Below, piece by piece: positions 52,956 through 53,633 of a DNA stretch of 53,633 nucleotides. The notes under the pieces were generated by a model that ran no database searches, was not told the origin of the DNA, and saw nothing but the letters and a program-made list of their open reading frames with translations. Location: assembly GCA_964012805.1 (NCBI GenBank), contig CAXGUD010000024.1, positions 1 to 53,633 of the forward strand, in the 5' to 3' direction. The stretch comes from an uncultured Bacteriovoracaceae bacterium. Its GTDB lineage: Bacteria > Bdellovibrionota > Bacteriovoracia > Bacteriovoracales > Bacteriovoracaceae. A program made the translations under genes and the position numbers. The stretch's first letter is position 1; each line of letters opens with the position of its first letter.

Positions 52956-53633
52956 TTATTTCTTATAGATATTAAAGACTTTATACTTCTTTCTTATCTC
53001 ATCTAGCATATCTTTTTTCTCCGCAAGAAATTTATCAAACTTTTCGATGATATCTTTATGCTTATGAGAAGAAAGTTTATAACCCGACTTTGTGGCAGGA
53101 AGACCTGGATCATAAACGAGTTTGTCAGCTAAGCCAATCTTAGAAGCTCCGTGCCTACCTCCAGCAATTGACATGTAACCACCATCAATTCTGTTTTTGC
53201 TAATTTGTTTTAAAAGTCCCTGAAAATCATTTGCTTCCTTACCTTTTATTGTTTTATCCACATAAATCTGCTTATAGTAATCCCAAGCCGTAAAACCTCT
53301 GATAAAACCTAGCTTTTTTAGAGACCCCATACCTTTACCAAGATTTTCTTTCTTTACCATGACACCATCAATGTACTGGAAAGCATATTGAGAGAATTTA
53401 ATACACTTTTGATTAATTCCACCTAAAGCGTCTTTGACTGGCTGGTAACCCAGCTTTTTACAAAATTCCTTTTTCTTATCTCCCTTCCAGAATTCGTGAT
53501 CAGGAAACTTAAAATCTAGCTTTGACTTCTTTTTCAAGAATGTAGTAAATAGCCTTGAAACAGGGTAAGGCTTATACTTAAATTTAATTCCAGCATCCTT
53601 AGCAAAAGCATCCAAAATTTCTTTTCCAGCACT
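52956..53633 (-). CDS. Periplasmic solute-binding protein (family 3-like), 5'-truncated by the window edge
   Basis: Frame is open to the window end; PYPVSRL...DFKFPD..W, LGFIRGFT, RIDGGY, IIEKFDKFL. Confidence 0.7.
   Translation of the reverse strand, partial: SAGKEILDAFAKDAGIKFKYKPYPVSRLFTTFLKKKSKLDFKFPDHEFWKGDKKKEFCKKLGYQPVKDALGGINQKCIKFSQYAFQYIDGVMVKKENLGKGMGSLKKLGFIRGFTAWDYYKQIYVDKTIKGKEANDFQGLLKQISKNRIDGGYMSIAGGRHGASKIGLADKLVYDPGLPATKSGYKLSSHKHKDIIEKFDKFLAEKKDMLDEIRKKYKVFNIYKK

Overview
AT-rich bacterial chromosome segment, standard genetic code, with no rRNA, tRNA, CRISPR or recognisable mobile element. The gene repertoire (Cys-rich lipoproteins, orphan solute-binding proteins, a CheA-like sensor kinase, sigma28-like motifs) suggests a Bdellovibrionota-like organism; this is inference only. 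Two acyl-CoA/lipid catabolic blocks dominate. The first (3.2-17.2 kb) encodes an AbfD-like Fe-S/FAD dehydratase, SDRs, MaoC, a lipase, an Old Yellow Enzyme, an acyl-CoA dehydrogenase, a gamma-butyrobetaine-hydroxylase-like dioxygenase, a quinone oxidoreductase and a multifunctional beta-oxidation enzyme. The second (24.0-38.1 kb) is a 10-gene minus-strand run of beta-oxidation genes plus an atuA/C/E/F/D-like terpene-utilisation set. The accessory regions hold the best candidate for an undescribed system. Three paralogous membrane receptors (17373-19907, 21401-23461, 38390-40582) share the PAS domain of a neighbouring CheW-less CheA-like kinase (44324-47707) but have no kinase domain. Each ends in a conserved ~110-aa domain that aligns by eye, without gaps, to the kinase's second HPt domain, with Lys in place of the phospho-His. 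Nearby are a single-domain CheY, an orphan BMP solute-binding protein, a 64-aa HisKA-like mini-protein and shared FliA-like promoters. Other oddities: an LRR/papain-family lipoprotein with a ~200-aa insertion inside the catalytic core, a protein with TNFR-like Cys repeats, a synonymously diverged 63-bp coiled-coil duplication, and an ORF interrupted by one in-frame TAG. All family calls come from motif recognition by eye; no searches were run.
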